Below are positions 48,246 through 60,953 of a stretch of 64,000 nt of DNA, one piece after another (positions within the stretch are counted from its first letter, which is position 1; every line of letters starts with the position of its first letter). The position numbers and the translations under genes were made by a program. Under the pieces are notes generated by a model. That model saw only the letters and a list, made by a program, of their open reading frames with translations, was not told where the DNA came from and searched no databases. Origin of the DNA: an uncultured Desulfarculus sp. (GTDB taxonomy: Bacteria > Desulfobacterota > Desulfarculia > Desulfarculales > Desulfarculaceae); NCBI GenBank assembly GCA_963665125.2, contig CAXXUK010000002.1:992001-1056000 (forward strand), read 5' to 3'.

Positions 48246-50503
48246 TTGGATTCCTCCGCCGGGGTGGTCAGCCGGTAGATTTCATAGCCGCCGTTTTTAT
48301 AGACAAGATGACCCAGCCGGGAAAGAGTATGGCCGTACGGCGGCAGGCCGTATGTCCGGCGTTCCTTGGGGCCCACCAGAACCAAGTCGCCGCCCAGGTC
48401 TGCCGCGGCCAGGAGTATTTCCGTGCTGCCGACGCCTTTGTAAATGGTGTCCAGGGCCTTGTTGATGTTTTCCAACCTGGAGCCCAGCCTGCCGCCCCGC
48501 CATTGCCATTGGTGGCCCTCCCAGCCCATGGGCGCGGGACGGCCCGTGAAGCTGCTGACGGCGTTGTCCATCCAATTGTAGGGCTGGCCCTTGGCCTGAA
48601 TGATCACTTGGCCGGGCTCGGTGTTGTCGCCCACCCAGCGAATGGCGGTCGCCAGGTTCATAGAGAACCGCTCCATGGCCTTGACCGTATCCATGGTGCG
48701 GGCCTGGGGCTGGTCGGGCTTGAGCAGGGGCCAGGACAACACCGCGCCGTAGGACAGACCGAACAAGACCAGGGCCACCCAAAGGCCGGAGGCCAGCTTG
48801 CCCCAAAGGCCGCTACAGGCCGCAGCGCCCACGCCGCCACCAAGGGCCAAAAGCAGCCAGGCCAGGTAGTGGAACTTGAAGGCCGTATTCATCCGCGCAC
48901 TGAAGCCGTCCTTTAGGAAAACCACCTCCGGGGCCATGATCAGGCCCAGGCCGACCACGGCCAGCAGCACTGCGAAGCTCCAGCCCTGGTGCGGCTCGTC
49001 GCTGTTCAGGTTTTTCAGGAGCATGGCCGCGCCCAGGGCCAGGGGCGCCGCGATGATGATCAGCGACAGGGGCTGCCTCCACCAGAGGCCCAGGGAGCCC
49101 TGGCCCACCGAAGCGCCCAGAAGCACGGCCACGGGTATGCCCAGGGCCAGGGCCGCGCCGGAGGCGAGAAGGCTCTTGCCGGGCCGCAGCACGGGCCAGG
49201 CGGCAATCAGCAGGGCCAGGGCCCCGGCCAGGGGCAGGCCCACGGCCATCAACAGCTCAACCGGATTGGAGGGGGTCAGCAGGTTGTAGAGCACGCCGCC
49301 CAATGGGCTCTCGCTGGCGGCCAGATAGGGCAGGCAGGCCGCCACGGCAGCCAGCACCAGGGCAAGGGCCGAAACGCCCGCCAGGACCGTCCGGCGGGCC
49401 AGGCTTCCGCCCGAGCCGATGAATACGGCCAGGACCAACAGCGGCCACAGCCCGGCGCAGTCCCAGGCATTGGTGGCCAGGGGCAGCGCGGCCAGGATCA
49501 GCACCAAAATAAAGCCGCCGGGCAACGGCGACAGCGTCGTTGTCATCGACCGGATGAACGATGCGCCCTTTTGCAGCCGTGGGGCCAAGGCAACCGACAG
49601 GGCCAGGCCGATGATCAACAGATTCAGGGGCAGGGCCAGGACATGGGCGTGGTTGTCGCCCAGGAAAAAGCTGAAGAACGGAAATTCGTCGATGACGGCC
49701 AGGCTGTGGCCGTTGGGAAACTTGTCAATGATGACCCTGGTGGCGCTGAACCACCAGGAGGGGTCGCTGTTCATGATGCCCGTGGCCAGCAGGGCGGCCT
49801 TGATGTTGGCGCTGAAACAGACTGCCAGGGTGGTCAGGCCGCCCGCAGCCCAGGCCCGGAGGCGGCCGAGCCCCAAGGCCAGGGCCAGGTCGCGGCCCTG
49901 GCACAGACAGCCGGTGACGGCCAGGGCGAACCAGGCGCACTGGCCGATGTTGTAGCCAGTCAGGGGCCCCACGGCGGCCAGCCGTCCGGCGGCGGCCATG
50001 AGCCAGTGGCCCAGGTAGTAGTAGCTCAGCCCGTATCCGGCCAGCCAGGCGTCCTGGGGCGGCACGCCCGGCGAGACCCAGATGGAAGACAGGATCATCA
50101 TGTCCATGGGCTGCTCGGTGTGGGTCAGCCCGGGCGCGGCCGAGCGCAGCCAGGCCCAGCCGATAAACGCCGCCAGAAAAACCAGCTCCACGGTCAGGAC
50201 GTAGCGCCAATGATCAAAGATCCATTTCCACGGTCCGGCCGAACCACGGGTCCACGCCAGCGACATGACCATAGCAAAGCCCAGGGCCAGCCATATGCCC
50301 GTGGCGTCATTGGACCACAGGCCGTAGTAGCAGGCCTGCCAGTGGATCAGACCCACCAGGGCCAGGCCGCAGACCTTGGACAGGCCCCATCCTGCGCCGT
50401 CCAGGCGGGCCATCAGCCCCCTGGTCAGGGGCCAGACAACGATGGCCATGGCCTGAAGGGCCAGCCACCACTGGACCAGCTCAACAGCCATGGCCATTGC
50501 CAT
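48242..50503 (-). CDS. DUF2298 / Chlor_Arch_YYY (TIGR03662-like) GT-C membrane protein
   Basis: TEQPMD, PPQDAWLAG..LSYYYLGH, EFPFFSFFLGDNHAH, RMNTAFKF, GWEGHQWQWRG. Confidence 0.85.
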   Translation of the reverse strand: MAMAMAVELVQWWLALQAMAIVVWPLTRGLMARLDGAGWGLSKVCGLALVGLIHWQACYYGLWSNDATGIWLALGFAMVMSLAWTRGSAGPWKWIFDHWRYVLTVELVFLAAFIGWAWLRSAAPGLTHTEQPMDMMILSSIWVSPGVPPQDAWLAGYGLSYYYLGHWLMAAAGRLAAVGPLTGYNIGQCAWFALAVTGCLCQGRDLALALGLGRLRAWAAGGLTTLAVCFSANIKAALLATGIMNSDPSWWFSATRVIIDKFPNGHSLAVIDEFPFFSFFLGDNHAHVLALPLNLLIIGLALSVALAPRLQKGASFIRSMTTTLSPLPGGFILVLILAALPLATNAWDCAGLWPLLVLAVFIGSGGSLARRTVLAGVSALALVLAAVAACLPYLAASESPLGGVLYNLLTPSNPVELLMAVGLPLAGALALLIAAWPVLRPGKSLLASGAALALGIPVAVLLGASVGQGSLGLWWRQPLSLIIIAAPLALGAAMLLKNLNSDEPHQGWSFAVLLAVVGLGLIMAPEVVFLKDGFSARMNTAFKFHYLAWLLLALGGGVGAAACSGLWGKLASGLWVALVLFGLSYGAVLSWPLLKPDQPQARTMDTVKAMERFSMNLATAIRWVGDNTEPGQVIIQAKGQPYNWMDNAVSSFTGRPAPMGWEGHQWQWRGGRLGSRLENINKALDTIYKGVGSTEILLAAADLGGDLVLVGPKERRTYGLPPYGHTLSRLGHLVYKNGGYEIYRLTTPAEESK

Positions 50504-50604
50504 GAATCGGAATTGTGTTTCGCCTTTGCGCCATGTGCCCAGCTCCCGTGGATTATCAAGGACGCATTATGGCACGGCTTGGGCTAACAGGGCAACGACA
50601 GGGG

Positions 50605-51486
50605 CTAAATCCTTTCCTTGAACTCCGTGCCCAACAGGCCCTCGGGCCTGAACAGCAGCACCACGATGATGATGATAAAGGCCAGGGTGTTCTTGAAGGC
50701 CACGGAGATGAACCCTCCGGCCAGGGCCTCGGCCACGCCCAGGATCAGGCCGCCGGCGATTGCGCCGGGCAGGCTGTTGAGGCCGCCCAGGATGGCCGCG
50801 GCAAAGCCTTTGAGGAAAGGCTCTAGCATGTAGAACGGGTCCAGCAGCAAAGTCGCGGCCAGGAACAGACCAGCGATGACGCCCAGGGCCGCCGCCAGGC
50901 CCCAGGCCAGGCCCAGGACCCGCCTGGTGGGTATGCCCAGGGTCTGGGCCGCGGCCAGGTTTTCCGAGGTGGCCCGCATGGCCAGGCCCAGCTTGGTTTT
51001 TTGGACCAATAGATAAAACAGCACGCTGCCCACAATGCCCACGATCAGTGCGCCCAGACTCAGGTGGCTGACATACACGCCGCCCCAGTCGAACACATCC
51101 ACGTCCGAAAGGGGGAAGGGGAAGTCCTGGGGCTCGGTGCTGCCGAAGCGCAGGACCAGGCCCTGCAACACCAGACCTAGGCCCAGGGTCAGGATGATCT
51201 GGCCCAGGTGGGTGGCCTCCCGGCGCTGGGCCGGGATCAGCACGCCGAAGTAGAAACACATCGATACGGCCGCGCCTGCCAGGATGCCGCCGCCAAAGGC
51301 GATCCACCAGGGCTGCTCCATGCCCAGGAGCGCAAAGGCCACGAAGGCGCCGACGGTGGTGACGTCGCCATGGGCAAAGTTGAGCACCCGGTTGGCCCGG
51401 TAGATCAAGACAACGCCCAAGGCGACCAAGGCGTACAGCGCTCCCTGGGACAGTCCGGCGATGAGATACTGCAGAGTTTGGGTCAT
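50605..51486 (-). CDS. Liv-type ABC permease (LivH-like)
   Basis: YALVALG...NFAHG, GLAMRA, AAILGG. Confidence 0.9.
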   Translation of the reverse strand: MTQTLQYLIAGLSQGALYALVALGVVLIYRANRVLNFAHGDVTTVGAFVAFALLGMEQPWWIAFGGGILAGAAVSMCFYFGVLIPAQRREATHLGQIILTLGLGLVLQGLVLRFGSTEPQDFPFPLSDVDVFDWGGVYVSHLSLGALIVGIVGSVLFYLLVQKTKLGLAMRATSENLAAAQTLGIPTRRVLGLAWGLAAALGVIAGLFLAATLLLDPFYMLEPFLKGFAAAILGGLNSLPGAIAGGLILGVAEALAGGFISVAFKNTLAFIIIIVVLLFRPEGLLGTEFKERI

Positions 51487-51503
51487 CTGTCACCTCGTCT
51501 TGA

Positions 51504-52484
51504 TTAGCGGAAGGGCCAGTTGCGGAAATAAAGCCTGATTTTCAGCCAGCGCCCGGCCAGGCCGCCCGGCTCGAAGATGAGCACGATCATGATCGTCACG
51601 CCGAATATCAGCGGCACCAGTTCCTTGTATTCGCTGAAAAAGTGCGGGATCAGGATCACGAAGGCCGCCCCGAATACGCCGCCTTCGACCATGCCCAGAC
51701 CGCCGACGATCACCGCCACCAGAAAGTCGATGGTCTTTTCAAAGGTGAACATGTTGGGCTCCAGATAGCCCAGCAGCAGGGCGTAGAGGCCGCCCTGGAC
51801 GCCCACGTAAAAGGAGCTTATGGCAAAGCTCAGCAGTTTGTAGCGGGTCTGGTTCACGCCCAGGACTTCGGCGGCGATGTCATTGTCGCGGATGGCGATA
51901 AAGGCCCGGCCCACGAATGATTCCACCAGGTTGTAGGTCAAAAGGACGAAGATGCAGGCCAGGATCAGGTTGAAGTAGAAATACGTCTGGCCCTGGGTAA
52001 GGCCGAACCAGGGCTCGATCTTGCTGATGGTCATGCCCATGCGGCCGCCGCTGAGGGCCGGCACGTTGACGAAGATCTGGTATACGGCGATGCCGAAGCC
52101 CATGGTGGCGATGGCCAGGTAAGGCCCCTTGAGCCGCAGGGATGGGAAGCCCACCAAGATGCCGAAGAGCCCGGCCATGAGCCCGGCCCCCATCAAAGAC
52201 AAAGGCCAGGGCAAGCCCCAATGCATCATGTGGCCGAAGGTGAAGGCGCCGATGGCCAGAAAACCGGCCTGGCCAAAGCTGATTTGGCCGGTGAAGCCGA
52301 TGAGCAGGTTTTGGCCCACCACGCCGATGGCGTATATGGCCACCACGGTGCCCAGATAGACGATGTGGTCCGCCGCGTACAGCGGCAGGCAAAACACGGC
52401 GACCAGGAAAGCCAGCACCCCGACCTTGGTCCATGTCTTGCGGAAAAGCTGTAGTTCTTCGCGATAGCTTTCAACAAGGTCCAT
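51504..52484 (-). CDS. Liv-type ABC permease (LivM-like)
   Basis: GQISFGQAGF, LRLKGPYLAIAT, AIRDNDIAA. Confidence 0.9.
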   Translation of the reverse strand: MDLVESYREELQLFRKTWTKVGVLAFLVAVFCLPLYAADHIVYLGTVVAIYAIGVVGQNLLIGFTGQISFGQAGFLAIGAFTFGHMMHWGLPWPLSLMGAGLMAGLFGILVGFPSLRLKGPYLAIATMGFGIAVYQIFVNVPALSGGRMGMTISKIEPWFGLTQGQTYFYFNLILACIFVLLTYNLVESFVGRAFIAIRDNDIAAEVLGVNQTRYKLLSFAISSFYVGVQGGLYALLLGYLEPNMFTFEKTIDFLVAVIVGGLGMVEGGVFGAAFVILIPHFFSEYKELVPLIFGVTIMIVLIFEPGGLAGRWLKIRLYFRNWPFR

Positions 52485-52489
52485 AGGCT

Positions 52490-54304
52490 CTACCCTTTGT
52501 ACATTTCGTCGATGAGATCCGAGTAGCGCTTCTCCAGGGAGCGGCGCTTGACTTTCTTCGTCGGCGTGACATCGCCGTCTTCTTCATAGAAGCGGCGGGG
52601 CAATAGCCGGAATTTCTTGATGGTTTCGACCCTGGCCAGGCTCTTGTTCACATCGTTGATCTCCCGGCCGATCAGTTCGTTGATCTGCTCGTTCTGGGTC
52701 AGATCGGCGAAGGTCGTGAACGGGATGCGATGGTCCTGGGCGTATTTGGTCACGTTGTCCTCGTCGATGAGGATCAGCGCCGAAAGGAACTTGCGCGAGT
52801 CGCCGATGACAATGGCGTCCTGGATGTAGAAGCTGAACTTGAGCTTGTTTTCGATGAAAGAGGGCGTGATGTTTTTGCCGCCGGCGGTGATGATGATGTC
52901 CTTCTTGCGGTCCATGATCTTGACATGGCCGTCGTCGATGGCGCCCACGTCGCCGGTGTGCAACCAGCCGTCTTCATCGACAGTCTCGGCGGTCAGTTCC
53001 GGGGCCTTGTAATAGCCCTTGAACACGGCCGGGCCCCTGGCCAGGATTTCGCCGTCTTCGGCCAGTGCCACCTCCACGCCGTCAATGGCCCGGCCCACGT
53101 AGCCCAGACGCGGCTTTTCCAGGTCCTGCACGGCGATGACGCCGGTGCTTTCGGTCTGGCCGTAGCCTTCGCGCAGGCGCACGCCGATGGCGTTGTACCA
53201 CTCGAACAGCTCCGGCGAGGCCGGGGCCGCGCCGCACACGGCGTATCTGATGCGCTCGAAGCCCAACTGCCGCCGCAAATGGGCCAGCACCAGGTAGTAC
53301 AGTGGCCAGTAGGCCAGGGAAATCAGCGTTTTTTGGCCGGAGCCGTCGGCCGCCTTGACCCACTTGAGGCCTGTTTTCAAGGCAACCCGGTACAGCAGCC
53401 GCTTGAGGATCGTCGAGTCGGCCATCTTGATCTCAACGGCCGAGACGAATTTTTCCCAGATGCGGGGTACGCTGGCGAATACCGTGGGCGAAACCTCCCG
53501 CAGGTTTTGGGAAAGGGTGTCCAGGCTCTCCACGAAGTTGACCGTGCAGCCGCTCCACAGGGACTGGAACAGGCTGATCAGGTTTTCGTAGATATGGGCC
53601 AAAGGCAGATACGACAGCAGCTCGTCCTTGTTGCTGCTGGGCAGGGCCCTGGTGAAGGCGTCGGTGATGGCCAGGATGTTGTTGTGGCTGAGCATGGCGC
53701 CCTTGGGTCTGCCCGTGGTGCCCGAAGTGTAGATGATCATTGCCGTGTCGTCGGGTTTGATGCGCTCCATGCGCCGGTCCACGGCGTCCGGATTTTTGTT
53801 CAGATATTCACGGGCCTTTTCCATGAACTGGTCGTAGAAGATCAGCCGCTCGTGGGTGAAGCCCCACAGGCCCTTGGGGTCCCAAATAATGATGTGCTTG
53901 GCCCCCAGGTCGTCCATGGCATCCATGACCTTGTCCACCTGCTCCTCGTTTTCCACGAAAAGCACGTGGGACTCGGAGTGGTTGACCACATAGGTGATCT
54001 CCTCGGCCGACGACGTGGGGTAGATGCCGGTGGTCACTCCTCCGGCGCTCATGGCCGCCAGATGGCAGATCAGCCACTCCGGGCAGTTGTCGCCCAGGAT
54101 GGACACCTTGCCGCCGGGCGGCAGGCCCAGGGCCAATAGCCCCGCGGCCGCCAGGCGCACCTGCTCGGCGTACTGCTCCCACAGAATATGCTTCCAAATG
54201 CCGCAGTCCTTGTAACGCAGGGCGATGCGGCCTTCCTGGCGCTTGGCCTGGGCGTACAAAAGCTCCGGAACGATCTTGGCCTGATCGGGCGCCCAACTCA
54301 TCAC
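52490..54304 (-). CDS. Long-chain fatty acid--CoA ligase
   Basis: YTSGTTGRPKG, EGYGQTE, GWLHTGD, DRKKDIIITAGGKN. Confidence 0.9.
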   Translation of the reverse strand: MMSWAPDQAKIVPELLYAQAKRQEGRIALRYKDCGIWKHILWEQYAEQVRLAAAGLLALGLPPGGKVSILGDNCPEWLICHLAAMSAGGVTTGIYPTSSAEEITYVVNHSESHVLFVENEEQVDKVMDAMDDLGAKHIIIWDPKGLWGFTHERLIFYDQFMEKAREYLNKNPDAVDRRMERIKPDDTAMIIYTSGTTGRPKGAMLSHNNILAITDAFTRALPSSNKDELLSYLPLAHIYENLISLFQSLWSGCTVNFVESLDTLSQNLREVSPTVFASVPRIWEKFVSAVEIKMADSTILKRLLYRVALKTGLKWVKAADGSGQKTLISLAYWPLYYLVLAHLRRQLGFERIRYAVCGAAPASPELFEWYNAIGVRLREGYGQTESTGVIAVQDLEKPRLGYVGRAIDGVEVALAEDGEILARGPAVFKGYYKAPELTAETVDEDGWLHTGDVGAIDDGHVKIMDRKKDIIITAGGKNITPSFIENKLKFSFYIQDAIVIGDSRKFLSALILIDEDNVTKYAQDHRIPFTTFADLTQNEQINELIGREINDVNKSLARVETIKKFRLLPRRFYEEDGDVTPTKKVKRRSLEKRYSDLIDEMYKG

Positions 54305-55113
54305 CAGGTCCTCCGTTTTTTGTAGAGCCTCCAGCCCTTGGCCGGGGTGTCCTCGCCGCCCATGCCCAGGTACAGCTCCTGCACGTCCTCGTTGGCCTGG
54401 AGCTGTTCCGATGTGCCTTCCAGGACGATGCGCCCGGCCTCCATGATGTAGCCGTAGTCGGCGATGCCCAGGGCCAGCTTGGCGTTTTGCTCCACCAACA
54501 GGATCGTGGTGCCGCGCTGGGAGATTTTTTCCAAGGCGCCGTAGACGTCCTTGGCCACCAGGGGGGCCAGGCCCAGGGAGGGTTCGTCGAGCATAAGCAG
54601 CTTGGGCCGCCGCAGCATGGCCCTTGCCACGGCCAGCATCTGCTGCTGCCCGCCGCTCATGGTCTCGGCCTGCTGCTTGGAACGCTCGGCCAGGATGGGG
54701 AACAGCTCATAGACATAGTCCAGATCGTCCTTTACCTCCTTGCCCTTGCGGCCCCAGCAGCCCAGGTCCAGGTTTTCCTTGACGGTCAGTTCCCGGAACA
54801 GGCCACGGTCCTCGGGCACGTAGACGATGCCCAGGCCGGAGATGCGCTCAGGAGCCCGGCGCTGGATGGCCTTGCCCTCGAACTCGATGATGCCTTTTTT
54901 GGGCTGGTCCTTGAGAAGACCGGCGATGGTCTTCAGCAGGGTCGTCTTGCCCGCGCCGTTGGGACCCAACACGGCGAAAATCTGGCCCGGCCGCACATCC
55001 ATGGACAGGCCGTGCAGGGCGTAGATTCTGTCGAAATACAGGGTTTCCACGTTGGCCACACGCAACAGCGCAGCGGCGGAGGAAACCGTACTGGATGCTG
55101 CCTTGTCGTTCAT
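54301..55113 (-). CDS. ABC ATP-binding protein (LivF-like)
   Basis: GPNGAGKTT, MSGGQQQM, LDEPSLGLAP. Confidence 0.92.
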   Translation of the reverse strand: MNDKAASSTVSSAAALLRVANVETLYFDRIYALHGLSMDVRPGQIFAVLGPNGAGKTTLLKTIAGLLKDQPKKGIIEFEGKAIQRRAPERISGLGIVYVPEDRGLFRELTVKENLDLGCWGRKGKEVKDDLDYVYELFPILAERSKQQAETMSGGQQQMLAVARAMLRRPKLLMLDEPSLGLAPLVAKDVYGALEKISQRGTTILLVEQNAKLALGIADYGYIMEAGRIVLEGTSEQLQANEDVQELYLGMGGEDTPAKGWRLYKKRRTW

Positions 55114-55156
55114 GGTTCGCCTCTCGATACCGGAATCATCGCTGCCATCAAAGCGC

Positions 55157-55909
55157 TTATTCTTCTCCAAGGTAGGACTTGATCACCTCAGGGTTCCTGA
55201 GCACTTCCTCGGGCGTGCCTTCGGCCAATTTGCTGCCGTAGTCGATGGCCACCATGCGGTCGGCCAAGGACGAGGCCACGCGCAGGTCGTGCTCCACCAG
55301 GAGGATCGTCGGCTTAAACCGCCCCCGGATCTCGTTGATCAGGTAGGCGGTTTCCTGCTTTTCCTCGGCGGTGAGCCCGCTGATGGGCTCGTCGAGCATC
55401 AACAGACGGGGCTCCAGGGCCAGGGCCCGGCCCACCTCTGCCCGCTTCTGAATGCCGTAGGGGCAGTCGGAGATGCGGGCCTGGCGGTAGGCCTGGAGGT
55501 TGAGGAATTCGATGAGCTCTTCCACCATTTCGCGGTGTTTGAGCTCTTCGCCCCGGCGGCGCAGGACCGCGTCGAGGAAACTTTTTTTAAATTTGACGTG
55601 GCGGCCCAGCATGAGGTTGTCCAGAACCGTCATGTGCATGAACAGGCGCAGGTTCTGGAAGGTGCGGGCGATGCCGCGCTGGGCAACACGGTCGGGGGAG
55701 AGCCCCAAAAGGCTCTCCCCCTGGAATTTGACAGCGCCGGTGTCGGGTTTGTACACGCCGCTGATGCAGTTGAACAGCGTGGTCTTGCCCGAACCGTTGG
55801 GGCCGATAATGGTTAGTATTTCTTCTGGTTCGACGTTTATGTCGATACCCGCCAAAGCCTGTATGCCGCCGAAGCTTATGCCAAGGCCGCGAATCTCGAG
55901 AAGCGACAT
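55157..55909 (-). CDS. ABC ATP-binding protein (LivG-like)
   Basis: GPNGSGKTT, GIARTFQN, LDEP, VEHD. Confidence 0.92.
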   Translation of the reverse strand: MSLLEIRGLGISFGGIQALAGIDINVEPEEILTIIGPNGSGKTTLFNCISGVYKPDTGAVKFQGESLLGLSPDRVAQRGIARTFQNLRLFMHMTVLDNLMLGRHVKFKKSFLDAVLRRRGEELKHREMVEELIEFLNLQAYRQARISDCPYGIQKRAEVGRALALEPRLLMLDEPISGLTAEEKQETAYLINEIRGRFKPTILLVEHDLRVASSLADRMVAIDYGSKLAEGTPEEVLRNPEVIKSYLGEE

Positions 55910-55919
55910 ATAACGTTCC

Positions 55920-57113
55920 CTAGAACCGCGGTGCGAAAACCTTGAAGTCGGCGATCGGCTGTATCTTGCCGTCCTTTGCCTGGCTCATGCGCACGGCGTT
56001 GAGGCCGTGGTGCCTGTCCGGGCTGTAGGTTACAGGCGAGCCCATGCCTTCGGGCTTCCAGTCCTTGATTTGCTCCAACCCGGACATCAGGCTGCTGCGG
56101 GTCAGGTCCTTGCCGGCCAGCTCCAGGCCCTTGGCCAGGTGCATCATGGACACCGCGCCGAAAACGGCCAGGTATTCACGGCCCTTGAGCTTGGGGTCGT
56201 ATTGCAGCAGGATTTCCGCCACCTTGTCCGCGGCGGGATCCACGCCGGGCATGCTCATCTGGCCGGCGGCCGAGATGTAGGTTCCATCCCAATTCTTGCC
56301 GGCGATCTTGTACATGATCGGGTCGCCGACGGTGAAATTGGTCATCACCCTGGGCACGTAGCCGACCTTGGCCATGGCCTTGACGATCAGGGCCGAGTGG
56401 GTCGGCGATGCGGTGATGATCACCGTGTCGGCGCCGGATTCCTTGAGCTTCAGGGCGTGGGTGCCCATGGCCCGTTCGGTTACCTCATATGGCACCGAAG
56501 CCACCAGTTCGGCCTTGCCGCCCAGTTCCTTGATGGCCTTTTGGATGCCCAGGGCCGCGCCGTGGCCAAAGTCGTCGTTCTGGTAGAAGTGGGCGATCTT
56601 TTTGGCGCCGAGGTTTTCCACGCCATAGACGGTCAAATACTCGTTTTCATCCTCATAGTCCGGATAAACGATGTAGTACCACTTCTGCTTGTCCTTGGGC
56701 AGATCGGCCCAGATGCGCACGTTGCCATATGCGGTGACCAGGGGAATCTGGTTGTCCGGGAAGAAATCCTTGGACGCGCTGCATGGGGCCGTGCCCAAAA
56801 GAGCGCATATGGCGAAGACGTTGTCCTTCATTTCCTGGAGGTTGGCCATTGACCTGGTGGGGTTGTAGCCGTCGTCCTTGATGACGACCTTGATTTTCCG
56901 GCCGTGGATGCCGCCCTTGTCGTTGATGTAGTCAGCCCAGGCCTTGGCGCCCATGGCGGTTGAGCCCCACAACGCTGCCGGACCGGACAGCGGTGTGCTG
57001 ATACCGATGACGACCTCGTTGTCACTAACGCCGGTTGTTTCCCCGGCCAGGGCCATTGTGGGAACAATCAGAGCCAAAACGAACACAAATAGCATGAATC
57101 GTTTTACAGTCAC
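55920..57113 (-). CDS. Liv-type substrate-binding protein
   Basis: Signal peptide, PLSGPAA, GGIHGRKI...DDGYNP, YQNDDFG. Confidence 0.9.
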   Translation of the reverse strand: MTVKRFMLFVFVLALIVPTMALAGETTGVSDNEVVIGISTPLSGPAALWGSTAMGAKAWADYINDKGGIHGRKIKVVIKDDGYNPTRSMANLQEMKDNVFAICALLGTAPCSASKDFFPDNQIPLVTAYGNVRIWADLPKDKQKWYYIVYPDYEDENEYLTVYGVENLGAKKIAHFYQNDDFGHGAALGIQKAIKELGGKAELVASVPYEVTERAMGTHALKLKESGADTVIITASPTHSALIVKAMAKVGYVPRVMTNFTVGDPIMYKIAGKNWDGTYISAAGQMSMPGVDPAADKVAEILLQYDPKLKGREYLAVFGAVSMMHLAKGLELAGKDLTRSSLMSGLEQIKDWKPEGMGSPVTYSPDRHHGLNAVRMSQAKDGKIQPIADFKVFAPRF

Positions 57114-57713
57114 TGCCTCACCCTCCTGAACCTGAGTAAGGTTTATATGGACAATCTCGCCGTTTGCGCCGGGTGTCGGCCGCGGCGCAAACGGATTAGC
57201 CTTTACCGGTATTCAAGTGGTTGCCGTAAGACCGTGATTGCGGCAACCCAACAGTGCTGTACAACGTGGTTGATTTGTTCTGCCCGCTCCAATTGTGATT
57301 GATCGACGGATGCTATGTGCTATGTGGCGCTTTGGCCTTGGGCCATGGCCTAATGTTTAATTGCCTTGTAGGTGATTGTAGTAATATCGCCCCATTGGGT
57401 GTCAAGGGTAAATCTTGCCGAAATTGCTAAGGATTTATTTCACTAATCTTGTTGCTAAAGGACGCCCCGGCCTTTTGTAACCGCTGTTTGGTAAAACATT
57501 GTTTTGCCAACCGGCTCAATTTGCTTGCCTTTACAATACCGCGTAAATTGGCGGGCCGTCATGGAGGAGTCATTGGCCCGCTTGGCGGATCGTGCCTCAA
57601 CGGCATATAAAAAGCGAAACAACCGCCCGATCCGGAAGACGTACGGAATCTTTGTTATTGGTTTGTTGTATGATTTTAACGGTGAAGGGCTCCCTATCCG
57701 GGAGCCCTGATGA

Positions 57714-60236
<2,523 letters not shown>

Positions 60237-60275
60237 GTCACTCGTCTGTATCGGCTCCGGGCCCGGGCCCGGCAG

Positions 60276-60767
60276 CTATGTATGTTTGCTCATGACCACG
60301 CAGGCCATGGACTCGTTATCGTTTAAGGCAAAAGCATCCTTGCGCTGCACAGTGTAACCCATTGCCTCGTAAAAACCTTGGGCATTTAGCGAAGCATTGA
60401 GCAGAAAACCGTCATGACCGCCGGCTCGGCCGATTTGCTCCAGGCCCTGGACCAGTTGGCGGCCGACACTGTGACCCGCCGCGTCGGGCCTTACATATAC
60501 CGCCCGGATCTCATTGCCGAGGATGATGCCGAAGCCAAGGAGCGAATCACCGGATTGGGCCACCAGGCATTCGGCTCCTTCGGCGGGCAGTTGCTTCAAC
60601 AAGACCTTCGGCTTCATGCCGCCAGTCCACAATTCAATCTGGCGCGGGGTGTAACAGTCTGCGGCCAGGCCAGTAACGGACAGAAAATGGACACGGCAAA
60701 TCTCTTCGGCATCTTCAGGGAGCGCGTTTCTGACAATGACCGGTTTTTTGGCGTTGCCGTCCATCAT
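60276..60767 (-). CDS. GNAT acetyltransferase
   Basis: VYVRPD..G.SVG, ASLNA..FYEAMGY. Confidence 0.85.
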   Translation of the reverse strand: MMDGNAKKPVIVRNALPEDAEEICRVHFLSVTGLAADCYTPRQIELWTGGMKPKVLLKQLPAEGAECLVAQSGDSLLGFGIILGNEIRAVYVRPDAAGHSVGRQLVQGLEQIGRAGGHDGFLLNASLNAQGFYEAMGYTVQRKDAFALNDNESMACVVMSKHT

Positions 60768-60901
60768 GCCAAGATAAGACCGGATTGCCTTGAGTGCAAG
60801 TTTCGATTGAGTAACACATTGGAGTCGTTGACCGGTGGCGTCCGTTGGTGGCCCAGCTGCGTAATGCGGAAGAAACAGCGGACGGCGCGACGCCCCCCCC
60901 C

Positions 60902-60934
60902 AAAAAAAAAGCTCCCGGCGCCGGCGCCGGGAGC
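60902..60934 (-). terminator. Terminator after the M23 gene
   Basis: GCTCCCGGCG-CCGG-CGCCGGGAGC + T9 on minus strand. Confidence 0.75.
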
Positions 60935-60953
60935 GGATGTGAACCGGGGTAAT

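Noticed and set aside
57114..57713. Small ORFs or ncRNA in the 600-bp gap upstream of the ABC operon
   Set aside because: Only one clear hairpin (about 57161-57196) and AT-rich promoter-like DNA; the ORFs lack support
60893..60910. C9-A9 run as a phase-variable tract
   Set aside because: Intergenic; the A run is the U-tract of the minus-strand terminator
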